From: Nitrospirota bacterium
Lineage (GTDB): Bacteria; Nitrospirota; Nitrospiria; JACQBZ01
Length of the DNA stretch: 64,000 nucleotides
Reading direction: 5' to 3'
NCBI GenBank assembly: GCA_016200255.1
Contig: JACQFA010000095.1
Location: 112-64,111 of the forward strand
Shown here: piece after piece, positions 20,423-28,513 of the stretch
Numbering within the stretch: the first letter of the stretch is position 1
Layout: each line of letters begins with the position of its first letter
Position numbers and translations under genes: made by a program
The notes under the pieces: model-generated
What the model was told of the DNA's origin: nothing
The model's input: the letters and a program-made list of their open reading frames with translations, nothing else
The model's database searches: none

Positions 20423-21373
20423 TTACGGGATTACAATCGTGTCTCCCGATTGGATCACAAGATTTTTCTTGGGATCTTCGCTTGAAATAATATCATCGTA
20501 GCGGATTCGGAACTTGGTTTCGGTGGAGGTCGCTGGATCTTTTCGAAAAACCGCGATCCCGTTTTTAGAAGCAAACGGCGTAAATCCTCCGGCCATGGAA
20601 ACGGCTTGCAAGACCGTGATCCGTTCCTTTAAGGGGTACTTTCCAGGCTTAACGACTTCTCCCAGAATGTAATAAAAATAACTGTTGATGCTGGATACCA
20701 GAACCGAGACCTCCGGCGTGGAGATATAATCTTTCATTCGTTGGGTAATGAGATTTTTCAATTCCCCCGTGGAAATACCGCTGGCCTGGATATCCCCAAT
20801 GAGCGGCAGTGAAACTTTCCCATCCGGCCTCACCGTAACCGTCCGTGAAAGATCGGCATTTTTCCAGACCATGATCTCCAGCACATCCTCCGGACCGATT
20901 CGATATTCATCCACCACCCGTTCACCATCGTTATTCGATCGGGGAAAATCAATCAACAAGGTATTGTTTTGGGTTCGGACATCCGGCTTGATGGACTGAT
21001 TGAGAGAGATCTCCAACTTAATCGCCAGGTGAGGATTTCGACCTTCCTGTAGAGCGATCTCCCGAACAATACCTTTATCCACCTTGATCAAGCGACCGTA
21101 CGAACCGCGGGTCATGGAGAGAAGATTGATGACCACTCGCGGCGGGTTCTCCAATAACACGTACGTATACGTGATCGGTTTCTCGCCCTGAATCACGATC
21201 TCCGTCTTGTCCGAAAGATCCATCACTCGAAGATCGGTGAGGGTCTGTTCGCCTTGCGAGGACGATGCCACCGAAGCCGGCATCGAACTGCAGGCCGAGA
21301 TCAACAGGCCAAGCATGCCGATGACGGCCGTTGCATAATTATATCGTCTTCCCATATTCACCGCACTGCTCAC
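20423..21373 (-). CDS. wza: Polysaccharide export lipoprotein (Wza/OPX) with AMIN domain
   Basis: Lipobox LISAC, AMIN-like LENPPRVVINL, Poly_export YRIGPEDVLEI..VRPDGKVSLPLIG and SLBB GEVVKPG. Short, lacking a C-terminal OM helix. Confidence 0.9.
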   Translation of the reverse strand: MSSAVNMGRRYNYATAVIGMLGLLISACSSMPASVASSSQGEQTLTDLRVMDLSDKTEIVIQGEKPITYTYVLLENPPRVVINLLSMTRGSYGRLIKVDKGIVREIALQEGRNPHLAIKLEISLNQSIKPDVRTQNNTLLIDFPRSNNDGERVVDEYRIGPEDVLEIMVWKNADLSRTVTVRPDGKVSLPLIGDIQASGISTGELKNLITQRMKDYISTPEVSVLVSSINSYFYYILGEVVKPGKYPLKERITVLQAVSMAGGFTPFASKNGIAVFRKDPATSTETKFRIRYDDIISSEDPKKNLVIQSGDTIVIP

Positions 21374-21885
21374 TGATCCGCCACAAAGACATGATTTCCA
21401 CCCTGACCCTGGGCCTTCGCCAGGAGTCCTTCCGCTTTCTGGATCAACCCCGTCACATCATTGGCATTGGTCGGAAAGCAGGATACCCCAATGCTGATGG
21501 TACGGTGGTCTTTTCCCGGTCCGGTTTCAAATGTGTAATGCTCCACCCGTTCACGGATCCGCCGCCCGACGTTCACGGCATTCTCTAAATCCGTGTAGTG
21601 AAGGACGATAAAAAAGCTGTTGTCCAACCGCTCTCCCAAGAGATCCGTCACCCGAATCTCATCCCGCATGAGATAGCCCAACCTCCGGTGCACGGCCTCC
21701 TCCGTAGCGGCATCCACATGGGTCTTTATCCCGTCGAGTTGAATGACCAGCACCGAAAAATAATAGAGATACCGTGTGGCCTTTCGAACTTCAAGCTCCA
21801 ACAGGTACTCAAAAAGATTTCGGTCCAACGGTTGGGTCCAACGGTTGTCAACCATCTTTTCCGGATTCAATGAATTTTGCGTCAT
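21370..21885 (-). CDS. Stand-alone degenerate GGDEF-domain protein (intact RxxD I-site, LDNSF in place of GGDEF)
   Basis: GGDEF fold features FSVLVIQLD, RVTD-LLGER-LDNSF, TISIGVS and KAQGQGGN. Confidence 0.85.
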   Translation of the reverse strand: MTQNSLNPEKMVDNRWTQPLDRNLFEYLLELEVRKATRYLYYFSVLVIQLDGIKTHVDAATEEAVHRRLGYLMRDEIRVTDLLGERLDNSFFIVLHYTDLENAVNVGRRIRERVEHYTFETGPGKDHRTISIGVSCFPTNANDVTGLIQKAEGLLAKAQGQGGNHVFVADQ

Positions 21886-21946
21886 GCCCTATGTCTCCTG
21901 GGTTGATCATGCCTTCGGACCATCGGCATGAGAGGTCGTTACTTTC

Positions 21947-23422
21947 TTAGGAAACCGGTCCCGATGGATCCGGTTCACCATCCAAATTGCATTGTCGGAT
22001 CTTGTATAAAAGCGCCTTGTAACTGATCTGCAGAAGTCGGGCCGCCGCCTTGCGGTTCCATCGGGTCTGCTCCAGAGCCTTCAAAATCGCTTCACCCTCG
22101 GCTTTTTTCATGGCTTCACGAGCCACGTGTTTGAGGGAGGTTAACGGTGAACGGCTGATCAACTCGCGTGGCTTCTCCGGCGCGGGGGGATGGAACTCAA
22201 CGGGAGCCGACGCAACCGGAACGGTTTTCGGCCTGATCTTCTTACGGCTGTCACTCACGTATTGTTGGACGACCATGTCTTCGCGCCCCATAATCACAAC
22301 CCGCTTGATCAGGTTCTCCATCTCCCGCACGTTCCCCGGCCAGTCATAATCCATCAAACTTTGTAACGTGGCGGGGCTCAGCCGATAGCACTCTTTATTA
22401 TACTGTTGGTTGTACTTCTGCAAAAAGCACTCAACCAACAACGGGATATCCTCTCTGCGCTCCCGAAGAGGGGGCAGAAAAATGCTCACCACATTCAACC
22501 GATAATAGAGATCTTCTCGAAAGGTCCCATCCGCAACGGCCTTTTCAAGGTCCTTATTGGTCGCGGCTAGAATCCGGACATCCACCTTCAACTCATTTCC
22601 GCCGATAAGGGAAAATTCTCCCCGTTGTAGAACATGCAGGAGCTTGGACTGAAGTTCAAAAGGAATATCGCCGATTTCATCGAGAAAGATCGTCCCATGA
22701 TTGGCAATCTCGAACTTTCCGGGACGCCGGCGGAACGCTCCTGTGAAAGAACCCTTTTCATAACCAAACAGTTCACTTTCGAGAAGTCCTTCCGGAATCG
22801 CAGGGCACAGGACCGTAACAAACGGTTTCCCCGCACGATTTGAGCATTCAGAAAGACTGCGTGCCACCAACTCCTTACCGGTACCGCTCTCTCCACGGAT
22901 GAGAATCGTGACGTCCGTATTGGCCACATGGTCGATGACCGCCCTTACTTCCTGCATCCGCGGACTGGTTTCCAGAAGCAACTGGGGATGGTAGCCTCTT
23001 TTTCCATTCACGGTGGTTTGTGCAATAATCTCGGCCGGGGTCAAAACAACCCCCCGCAATTTTCCAAAAGCTTCCAAAACACTGGTTTTTAACTCCTGGG
23101 GGAGAAACGGCTTGGTTAAAATCCTCCATGAAGCCGGGCGTGTTAGATCCTGCAATAGAGGAAGCTGCATCTGACCGGAGAGTAAAATAACCTGTGACGA
23201 TTGTCCAAGTCGTGTCAGGAATTGCAGTTGCTGTAAAGTTTCCGGATTAATCCTCAAAATATCATAAACCACTACGGATGGCTTAATCGATTCCAACTCT
23301 TCTAGAAAATTCTCCGGGTTAGAGGGCATGTATACCTGTTGATCAAAACGAGAAATAAAGCTCTTTAAATAATTTCTCATTATTTGATCAGTACTTATGA
23401 GAAATATCCGACCGTTTTCCAT
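21947..23422 (-). CDS. Sigma54-dependent enhancer-binding protein (atypical REC, AAA+, HTH_8)
   Basis: GESGTGKE, ESELFGYEKGSFTGA, FLDEIGD, FREDLYYRLNV, WPGNVRE and a C-terminal HTH. Probable start MENGRIF at 23422. Confidence 0.93.
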   Translation of the reverse strand: MENGRIFLISTDQIMRNYLKSFISRFDQQVYMPSNPENFLEELESIKPSVVVYDILRINPETLQQLQFLTRLGQSSQVILLSGQMQLPLLQDLTRPASWRILTKPFLPQELKTSVLEAFGKLRGVVLTPAEIIAQTTVNGKRGYHPQLLLETSPRMQEVRAVIDHVANTDVTILIRGESGTGKELVARSLSECSNRAGKPFVTVLCPAIPEGLLESELFGYEKGSFTGAFRRRPGKFEIANHGTIFLDEIGDIPFELQSKLLHVLQRGEFSLIGGNELKVDVRILAATNKDLEKAVADGTFREDLYYRLNVVSIFLPPLRERREDIPLLVECFLQKYNQQYNKECYRLSPATLQSLMDYDWPGNVREMENLIKRVVIMGREDMVVQQYVSDSRKKIRPKTVPVASAPVEFHPPAPEKPRELISRSPLTSLKHVAREAMKKAEGEAILKALEQTRWNRKAAARLLQISYKALLYKIRQCNLDGEPDPSGPVS

Positions 23423-23804
23423 AGGAATATCACCAAACAGAACAGCAGGTACCCTAAAGCTGTAATTCCATTGATTCGGAATATTGTGGTAAAACTTTTC
23501 CATATTATAGCATCTTTAAAGCTAAATTGTCATTTAAATGCATGGGCATTATCAAGGTAATCTGGAATATGTTTAGGGTAGATTGTATTAAGTGGCTTTT
23601 TTACGCACTAGATTTGTCAACAAAGTGAGACCAGTTCCGATCGCAAACAATGCCACAACTTCACTTGTTTTAATGATTTCCGTTGAAAGGTTAAATATAA
23701 CCCCAAATAACAAGAGGGTAAGCCCTGAGATAAAAAGACAGACCTGGCCGTATCGCTTCCGCATAATCTAACCCTCCTAGTTGAACACTACCCCAATCTA
23801 TTTA

Positions 23805-23820
23805 TGCAACTCTTGGACCA
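23805..23820 (-). promoter_or_regulatory. Possible sigma54 (-24/-12) promoter for the activator-GGDEF-wza operon
   Basis: Minus strand TGGTCC-AAGAG-TTGCA has correct GG-N10-GC spacing. It overlaps the inverted repeat AACTCTT-ggacca-AAGAGTT. Confidence 0.4.
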
Positions 23821-23854
23821 AAGAGTTAGGCGGATGCTATTTTATTCTTGGCCT

Positions 23855-25456
23855 TTAAAATTCTGTGCTTAACCCAAGCAGTACACTGTTCAAATCATCC
23901 GTCGTTTTTGCATTCGTTATCCCCCCTCCCTTGGTACCCGTGCCTGAAAAGTTAATAATATAATCCCTGAAAAGATATCGGATAGATATCCAGAGATTCG
24001 ATTTGAGACGATAACGCCCTTCCGCGTGGAATCGAATCGCATGAGAGGACGCATCGTCCCCATTGTTCACCGGATGTTCATTTACCTTTAAGATCGGCAA
24101 ATAATCAACTCCGATGCCGGTCGCCAAATTGGATGTAAGAAGCAGGCGTCCCTCAAAGCCAATACTGGGTCCGTAATATCGCGTGTTGGTAAAGAACTGG
24201 GAATCCGTTGAGGAAACCGGATAGGTGTACCAGGCATATCCAATCCGACCAATCAGTTCCAAATCGGTCCTACCAGGCCAAAGAATGTACCGATACTGCA
24301 AATGGATGGCATACCAATAGGGCCGGGCGTGGACATTAATCGAGCCGCTGTTGCTCAGACGATCGAGTTTAACAAACCCGATTTGATAATCGGCATCCAG
24401 ACCCAGAGATGGGACGACCCAGTATTCACCGGAAACACCCGCCAGTGGAAAGGTTGAGATTTTACGGTCGAGCGCCAATTGGTCCGAAGTTAGAGAAAAC
24501 TTTGCCCAGCCCAACCCGGTACTCAGTTCAAGTTTTCCCCTTGAGACTTTGTGTTCTAAAGACCGCTTTTCCTTGACCTCTCTTTCTTTGGCCTGTTTCT
24601 CTCTCTGAGACGCTTGCTCCATGGCCATCCAGTCGCGCTCTTGCTGTGCCAACAGTTCATCCCTTCTCGAAGTCAACTCGGATAAAACTTTGGGAGATGG
24701 CTTAAAGTGCACATACTGACCCTTCTCAACGGTTTGTCCTTTTAACAAACGAGACGGCTTGATTATGGAAAACCTCTCATCGGCGCGGACCACGGTCAGG
24801 TCACCCACGTTTACTTTTTCCACCCCGATCATTTCTCGTGTAAAGGGATGGCGATTCACCTTGACGATACGAAATATCTGCAGCTTCATTCCATCCCCCA
24901 GTCCCTGCAACCGACCTGCATTGATCGTGATCGTCTTGCCTTTGTCCTTCACTTCGGTCACAACTGCTTGGTATGGAAGCCGGCCGATCAGCTTGTCCAT
25001 GATAGTCCGAACCCCTTTTTCAACAGCCTCAGGGCTTTTCCAGTCCTTCATGACAATAAATTCTCGGGCAAAGGGGTCGCCCGTCTCGCCTTCAAAAAGC
25101 GTGAGAACGATCTTGAGATCCTTGCCTTTAATTTCCACAATTCCCGTGATGATACCGTCTAATTCAAATTTCTTTCCCATGTCGCTCAAGTCCGGCGCGG
25201 ACAAGGGAAGTTCTTTGGAAGGATTTTGCTGTGGAATAACTTCAAATCGGAATGTGGCTGCAAGCTCCCGCCTCATCTCTTTTCCGATGTTCTTTGCAAG
25301 TCCCTGGTGAGTCCGATCTTCAAGACCCAAAAACCCGATCCTTTTAAAAACAACGACGCCTTTATCGGACTGGGCTTGCAGGACACTCGACGAACTCAGA
25401 AGGATTACCAAGCAAAGAATGATCGATGGAATGATTCGATGGCCGTTCTTGAGCAA
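23855..25456 (-). CDS. Outer-membrane protein: CsgG/TolB-N-like and FlgT_C-like periplasmic domains plus C-terminal beta-barrel
   Basis: TTG start at 25456 behind GGAGG; signal peptide ending LQA; ITINAG..G...G...HPFT segment; charged coiled linker; barrel ending in Phe (LGLSTEF). Confidence 0.65.
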   Translation of the reverse strand: MLKNGHRIIPSIILCLVILLSSSSVLQAQSDKGVVVFKRIGFLGLEDRTHQGLAKNIGKEMRRELAATFRFEVIPQQNPSKELPLSAPDLSDMGKKFELDGIITGIVEIKGKDLKIVLTLFEGETGDPFAREFIVMKDWKSPEAVEKGVRTIMDKLIGRLPYQAVVTEVKDKGKTITINAGRLQGLGDGMKLQIFRIVKVNRHPFTREMIGVEKVNVGDLTVVRADERFSIIKPSRLLKGQTVEKGQYVHFKPSPKVLSELTSRRDELLAQQERDWMAMEQASQREKQAKEREVKEKRSLEHKVSRGKLELSTGLGWAKFSLTSDQLALDRKISTFPLAGVSGEYWVVPSLGLDADYQIGFVKLDRLSNSGSINVHARPYWYAIHLQYRYILWPGRTDLELIGRIGYAWYTYPVSSTDSQFFTNTRYYGPSIGFEGRLLLTSNLATGIGVDYLPILKVNEHPVNNGDDASSHAIRFHAEGRYRLKSNLWISIRYLFRDYIINFSGTGTKGGGITNAKTTDDLNSVLLGLSTEF

Positions 25457-25701
25457 TTGACCTCCTGCGGCATCATACTCAAATTTTGTTGGATGAAGAA
25501 CCACTCAAATGGCTTGCCATTCTAACACGAAGCATTGAAGGATTCAAAACATTAAACAACTGCATCAGAACCATTTTTTTCATTCACCACTATGTACTAT
25601 TGCGTACAAGTCATGACAAAAATTGTTCGTTTTGGATGCATTTTATCGAAACTTGAAAACCGACCGATAGAAAGATCAAGCGGTTATGGGACCAACACGA
25701 A

Positions 25702-25717
25702 TGGCATAAATGTTGCT
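25702..25717 (+). promoter_or_regulatory. Sigma54 (-24/-12) promoter
   Basis: TGGCAT-AAATG-TTGCT matches TGGCAC-N5-TTGCW with exact GG-N10-GC spacing, about 40 nt before riboswitch 1. Confidence 0.75.
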
Positions 25718-25758
25718 CCATTAGCGATCAGGTTACCGTTCTAGTAAGTACAACTTTT

Positions 25759-25847
25759 CCTTTGCTCAGAGCAAACCAGGGGAAACTCTGGGACGCAGAG
25801 CAACGGGGCTACCGCCGATGAGGCCATGCCCGCCGAGCCGCCAAAGG
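25759..25847 (+). ncRNA. GEMM-I (c-di-GMP-I class) riboswitch, A20 variant (candidate c-AMP-GMP sensor), copy 1
   Basis: P1 CCTTTG/CAAAGG; GCAAACCAGGG-GAAA-CTCTGGGACGC P2 with GAAA tetraloop; P3 followed by GCC. Position equivalent to Vc2 G20 is A (25770). Confidence 0.9.
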
Positions 25848-25872
25848 TTCTCTCTTTGGCGGCTATTTTTAT
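25836..25872 (+). terminator. Intrinsic terminator (expression platform of riboswitch 1)
   Basis: AGCCGCCAAAG-gttctct-CTTTGGCGGCT followed by ATTTTTAT. The 5' arm overlaps the aptamer P1 3' strand. Confidence 0.8.
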
Positions 25873-25993
25873 GCGCGGAGGCCCACAGAGAATAGACCAC
25901 ATTACTGGACTGGGCAATTTTGACCAGACCGCGTTATGTTCTTACGGGTATGTATAGTGTGACTAAGACAAAAGATTAAGGATTCTGATTTTA

Positions 25994-26081
25994 CCTTTGC
26001 TCAGAGCAAACCAGGGGAAACCCTGGGACGCAGAGTAACGGGGCTAACGCCTGATGGCCATGCCCGCCGAGCCGCCAAAGG
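25994..26081 (+). ncRNA. GEMM-I riboswitch, A20 variant, copy 2
   Basis: Near-identical copy 235 nt downstream: CCTTTGCTCAGAGCAAACCAGGGGAAACCCTGGGACGCAGAG...GCCGAGCCGCCAAAGG; A20 at 26005. Confidence 0.9.
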
Positions 26082-26103
26082 ATCTCTTTTGGCGGTTGTT
26101 TTA
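26070..26103 (+). terminator. Intrinsic terminator (expression platform of riboswitch 2)
   Basis: GCCGCCAAAG-gatctc-TTTTGGCGGT followed by TGTTTT, then GGAGG RBS and ATG at 26126. Confidence 0.75.
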
Positions 26104-26125
26104 TGTGCGGGGAGGTTAAATCATC

Positions 26126-28513
26126 ATGCGGCACAGCATTAAAAAACTCGGGTTGTTCCTGACCTTAAATATTCTCGTTCTTTTTTCCCTTTCCTACGGG
26201 ACCGCCGCTCTTGCGGGAGATGCCATCCTAACATGGAACCCCAACACGGAACCGGACCTAGCCGGATATAAAATTTATTATGGAACAGCCTCCGGCAGTT
26301 ATGGAGCCCCCATTGACGCCGGGAATCAAACAACCTATACCATAACAGGCTTGGGATACGGAACTTACTACTTTGCGGTCAAGGCCTATGATACAACTGG
26401 AAATTTGAGCGGCTCCTCGAACGAGGTAAACAAAACACTTTCGGATACGACACCACCCGTGATCTCGGCCATCAGCGCCGGCGGAATCACCAGCACCGGC
26501 GCCACAATTTCCTGGACCACGGATGAACCTGCAACTTCTCTGGTTGAATACGGCACCACTACGGCCTACGGATCTTCAACTCCGTTCGATTCAACTTTGG
26601 TCATCGGCCACAACAAAACCCTCGGCGGGCTTCAAGCCTCCATGATCTATCACTACCGCATCCGAAGCGCTGATGCCACCGGCAACCTCGCCATATCGGG
26701 CGACAACACATTTGTCACTGCCGCCGCGCCGGACACCACCCCCCCGGTGATCTCCGGCATTACAGCCGGCAGCGTGACCAGCACCAGCGCCACGATCTCG
26801 TGGACCACCGATGAGCCTTCGGATACCCAGGTCCAGTACGGAACAACGATGTCCTACGGAGCTTCGACCATCCTAAACTCATCTTTGGTGACCTCGCACA
26901 GTCAATCGTTGACCGTCCTTCAGCCCTCCACGCTGTATAATTTCAGAGTGCTAAGCCGGGATGCCGCCGGAAATCTGGCCACATCGGGAAACAATACATT
27001 CACAACGTCCGCGCCCCCCGATACCACCCCGCCCGTGATATCCGGAATCACGGCAAGCAACATAACCAATACGGGTGCGGTCATCACCTGGACCACCAAC
27101 GAAACTGCTAACTCTCAGGTTGAATACGGCACCACTACCGCCTATGGTTCATTGACAACGCTGGATTCCGCTCTGGTCACAAACCACAGTGCCACCTTAA
27201 ACGGTTTGACCGCCTCCATAACCTATCACTACCACGTCAAGAGCGCCGACGCCGCCGGAAACCTCGCCGTCTCAAACGACAATACCTTTATCACGTCGGC
27301 GCCGCCGGATACCACGCCGCCCCTTCTTTCCGGAATCACGGTAAGCAGCGTAACCAACACCGGTGCGGTCGTCACCTGGACTACCAACGAAGCGTCCACC
27401 TCCCAGGTGGAATATGGTCCAACCGTGACATATGGCTCTTCGTCGAACCTGAGTTCTACCCTGGTCACCGGCCACAGCATCACCTTAACCGGTCTGACCG
27501 CCTCTACTCTCTATCATTACTACGTGAAAAGCGCCGATGCCGCCGGAAACCTCGCGGTCTCGGATGACAATACATTCACCGCATCCGCTCCCCCCGATAC
27601 GACGGGTCCGGTTCTCTCTCTGATTACGGCAAGTAACATCACGGCGGCCGACGCCACCATTACCTGGGGTACGGACGAACCGGCCTCGTCCCAAGTGGAG
27701 TACGGATTGACGGCCTTTTATGGCAACAGCACAACGGTCAACGCCACACTTCTCAACAGCCATAGTCAGATACTCACCGGTCTTCAAGCATCGACGCTGT
27801 ACCATTACCGGGTGAAGAGCGCCGACAGCGCAGGCAACCTGTCCGTTTCAGGCGACCTTGTCCTTACCACCGGCAGCGCTGCGGATACGACACCGCCAGG
27901 AAACATCCAGAACTTTTCAGCCAAAGAGACAGGTCATCAAATCTCCCTGAGCTGGCTCAATCCGCCTGACCTGGATTTTATCGGTGTTCGAATCCGCTAC
28001 CGGACGGATCATTATCCAACCGATACCAACGACGGAGTTTTGCTGGGCGACTTCACCGGTCTTCCGAATCAGGCCATGAGCACGATCCAAACCCCGATTG
28101 TGAAACACGTCACTTACTACTATGCCGCTTCAACGTATGACAGCTCCGGAAATTATCAACATACCGCCTACGCTTCGGTGACAACCTCTCTTACTTCAGA
28201 CGGCTCAGGCAGCCCCGACAATGTCACCATGAGCGGCGGATGCGGCATGGTTCGTCCTGGCTCCGGCAAGCCTCCGGGCCCCGGTCAGTCGGCGGACATG
28301 ATCTTCCTTCTGGTCGTGCTTCTGATTGCGATCCTGAAACGGGAAATACAAAAAAAGAAAAGTTTTGACAGAGTCCGGATCATTTCGGGTATAATATTAA
28401 GTTCGTTGTTTTATCATGGGGCGTTTAAACCGGAAGAGATTTCGGAGTTATATTTTGAACAATTCAATCGCACCGTTTTTGACAATAAAACGCTTTTGTA
28501 TTCAGGCGGTTAA
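26126..28513 (+). CDS. Secreted FN3-repeat surface protein with GGC-TM C-terminal anchor
   Basis: Signal peptide (AALA|GD), N-terminal FN3 (WNPNTEPDLAGYKIYYG), five 96-aa FN3-like repeats, a further FN3, then SGGCGMVRPG..KPPGPGQ, a hydrophobic helix and KR. Confidence 0.88.
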   Translation: MRHSIKKLGLFLTLNILVLFSLSYGTAALAGDAILTWNPNTEPDLAGYKIYYGTASGSYGAPIDAGNQTTYTITGLGYGTYYFAVKAYDTTGNLSGSSNEVNKTLSDTTPPVISAISAGGITSTGATISWTTDEPATSLVEYGTTTAYGSSTPFDSTLVIGHNKTLGGLQASMIYHYRIRSADATGNLAISGDNTFVTAAAPDTTPPVISGITAGSVTSTSATISWTTDEPSDTQVQYGTTMSYGASTILNSSLVTSHSQSLTVLQPSTLYNFRVLSRDAAGNLATSGNNTFTTSAPPDTTPPVISGITASNITNTGAVITWTTNETANSQVEYGTTTAYGSLTTLDSALVTNHSATLNGLTASITYHYHVKSADAAGNLAVSNDNTFITSAPPDTTPPLLSGITVSSVTNTGAVVTWTTNEASTSQVEYGPTVTYGSSSNLSSTLVTGHSITLTGLTASTLYHYYVKSADAAGNLAVSDDNTFTASAPPDTTGPVLSLITASNITAADATITWGTDEPASSQVEYGLTAFYGNSTTVNATLLNSHSQILTGLQASTLYHYRVKSADSAGNLSVSGDLVLTTGSAADTTPPGNIQNFSAKETGHQISLSWLNPPDLDFIGVRIRYRTDHYPTDTNDGVLLGDFTGLPNQAMSTIQTPIVKHVTYYYAASTYDSSGNYQHTAYASVTTSLTSDGSGSPDNVTMSGGCGMVRPGSGKPPGPGQSADMIFLLVVLLIAILKREIQKKKSFDRVRIISGIILSSLFYHGAFKPEEISELYFEQFNRTVFDNKTLLYSGG
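26444..27883 (+). repeat. Five tandem coding repeats with exact 288-bp period (FN3-like domains)
   Basis: DTTPP/DTTGP codons start at 26444, 26732, 27020, 27308, 27596 and 27884. Confidence 0.92.

Noticed and set aside
21370-21885. GGDEF protein as the cGAMP/c-di-GMP cyclase feeding the riboswitches
   Set aside because: The active-site motif is LDNSF and the DxDxFKxxND metal/substrate motif is lost, so it is not a plausible cyclase.
23642-23655. TGGCAT-TGT-TTGCG on the minus strand, resembling a sigma54 promoter
   Set aside because: GG to GC spacing is 8 nt instead of the required 10.
26444-27883. Regular repeats as a CRISPR array or mobile repeat
   Set aside because: They are 288-bp in-frame, diverged protein-domain repeats with no spacer structure and no cas genes.
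28350-28400. A7 run after the TM of ORF 26126 as a programmed frameshift fusing it to ORF 28416
   Set aside because: The downstream ORF's frame has TAA stops at 28392 and 28398, so slippage at this run cannot join them.
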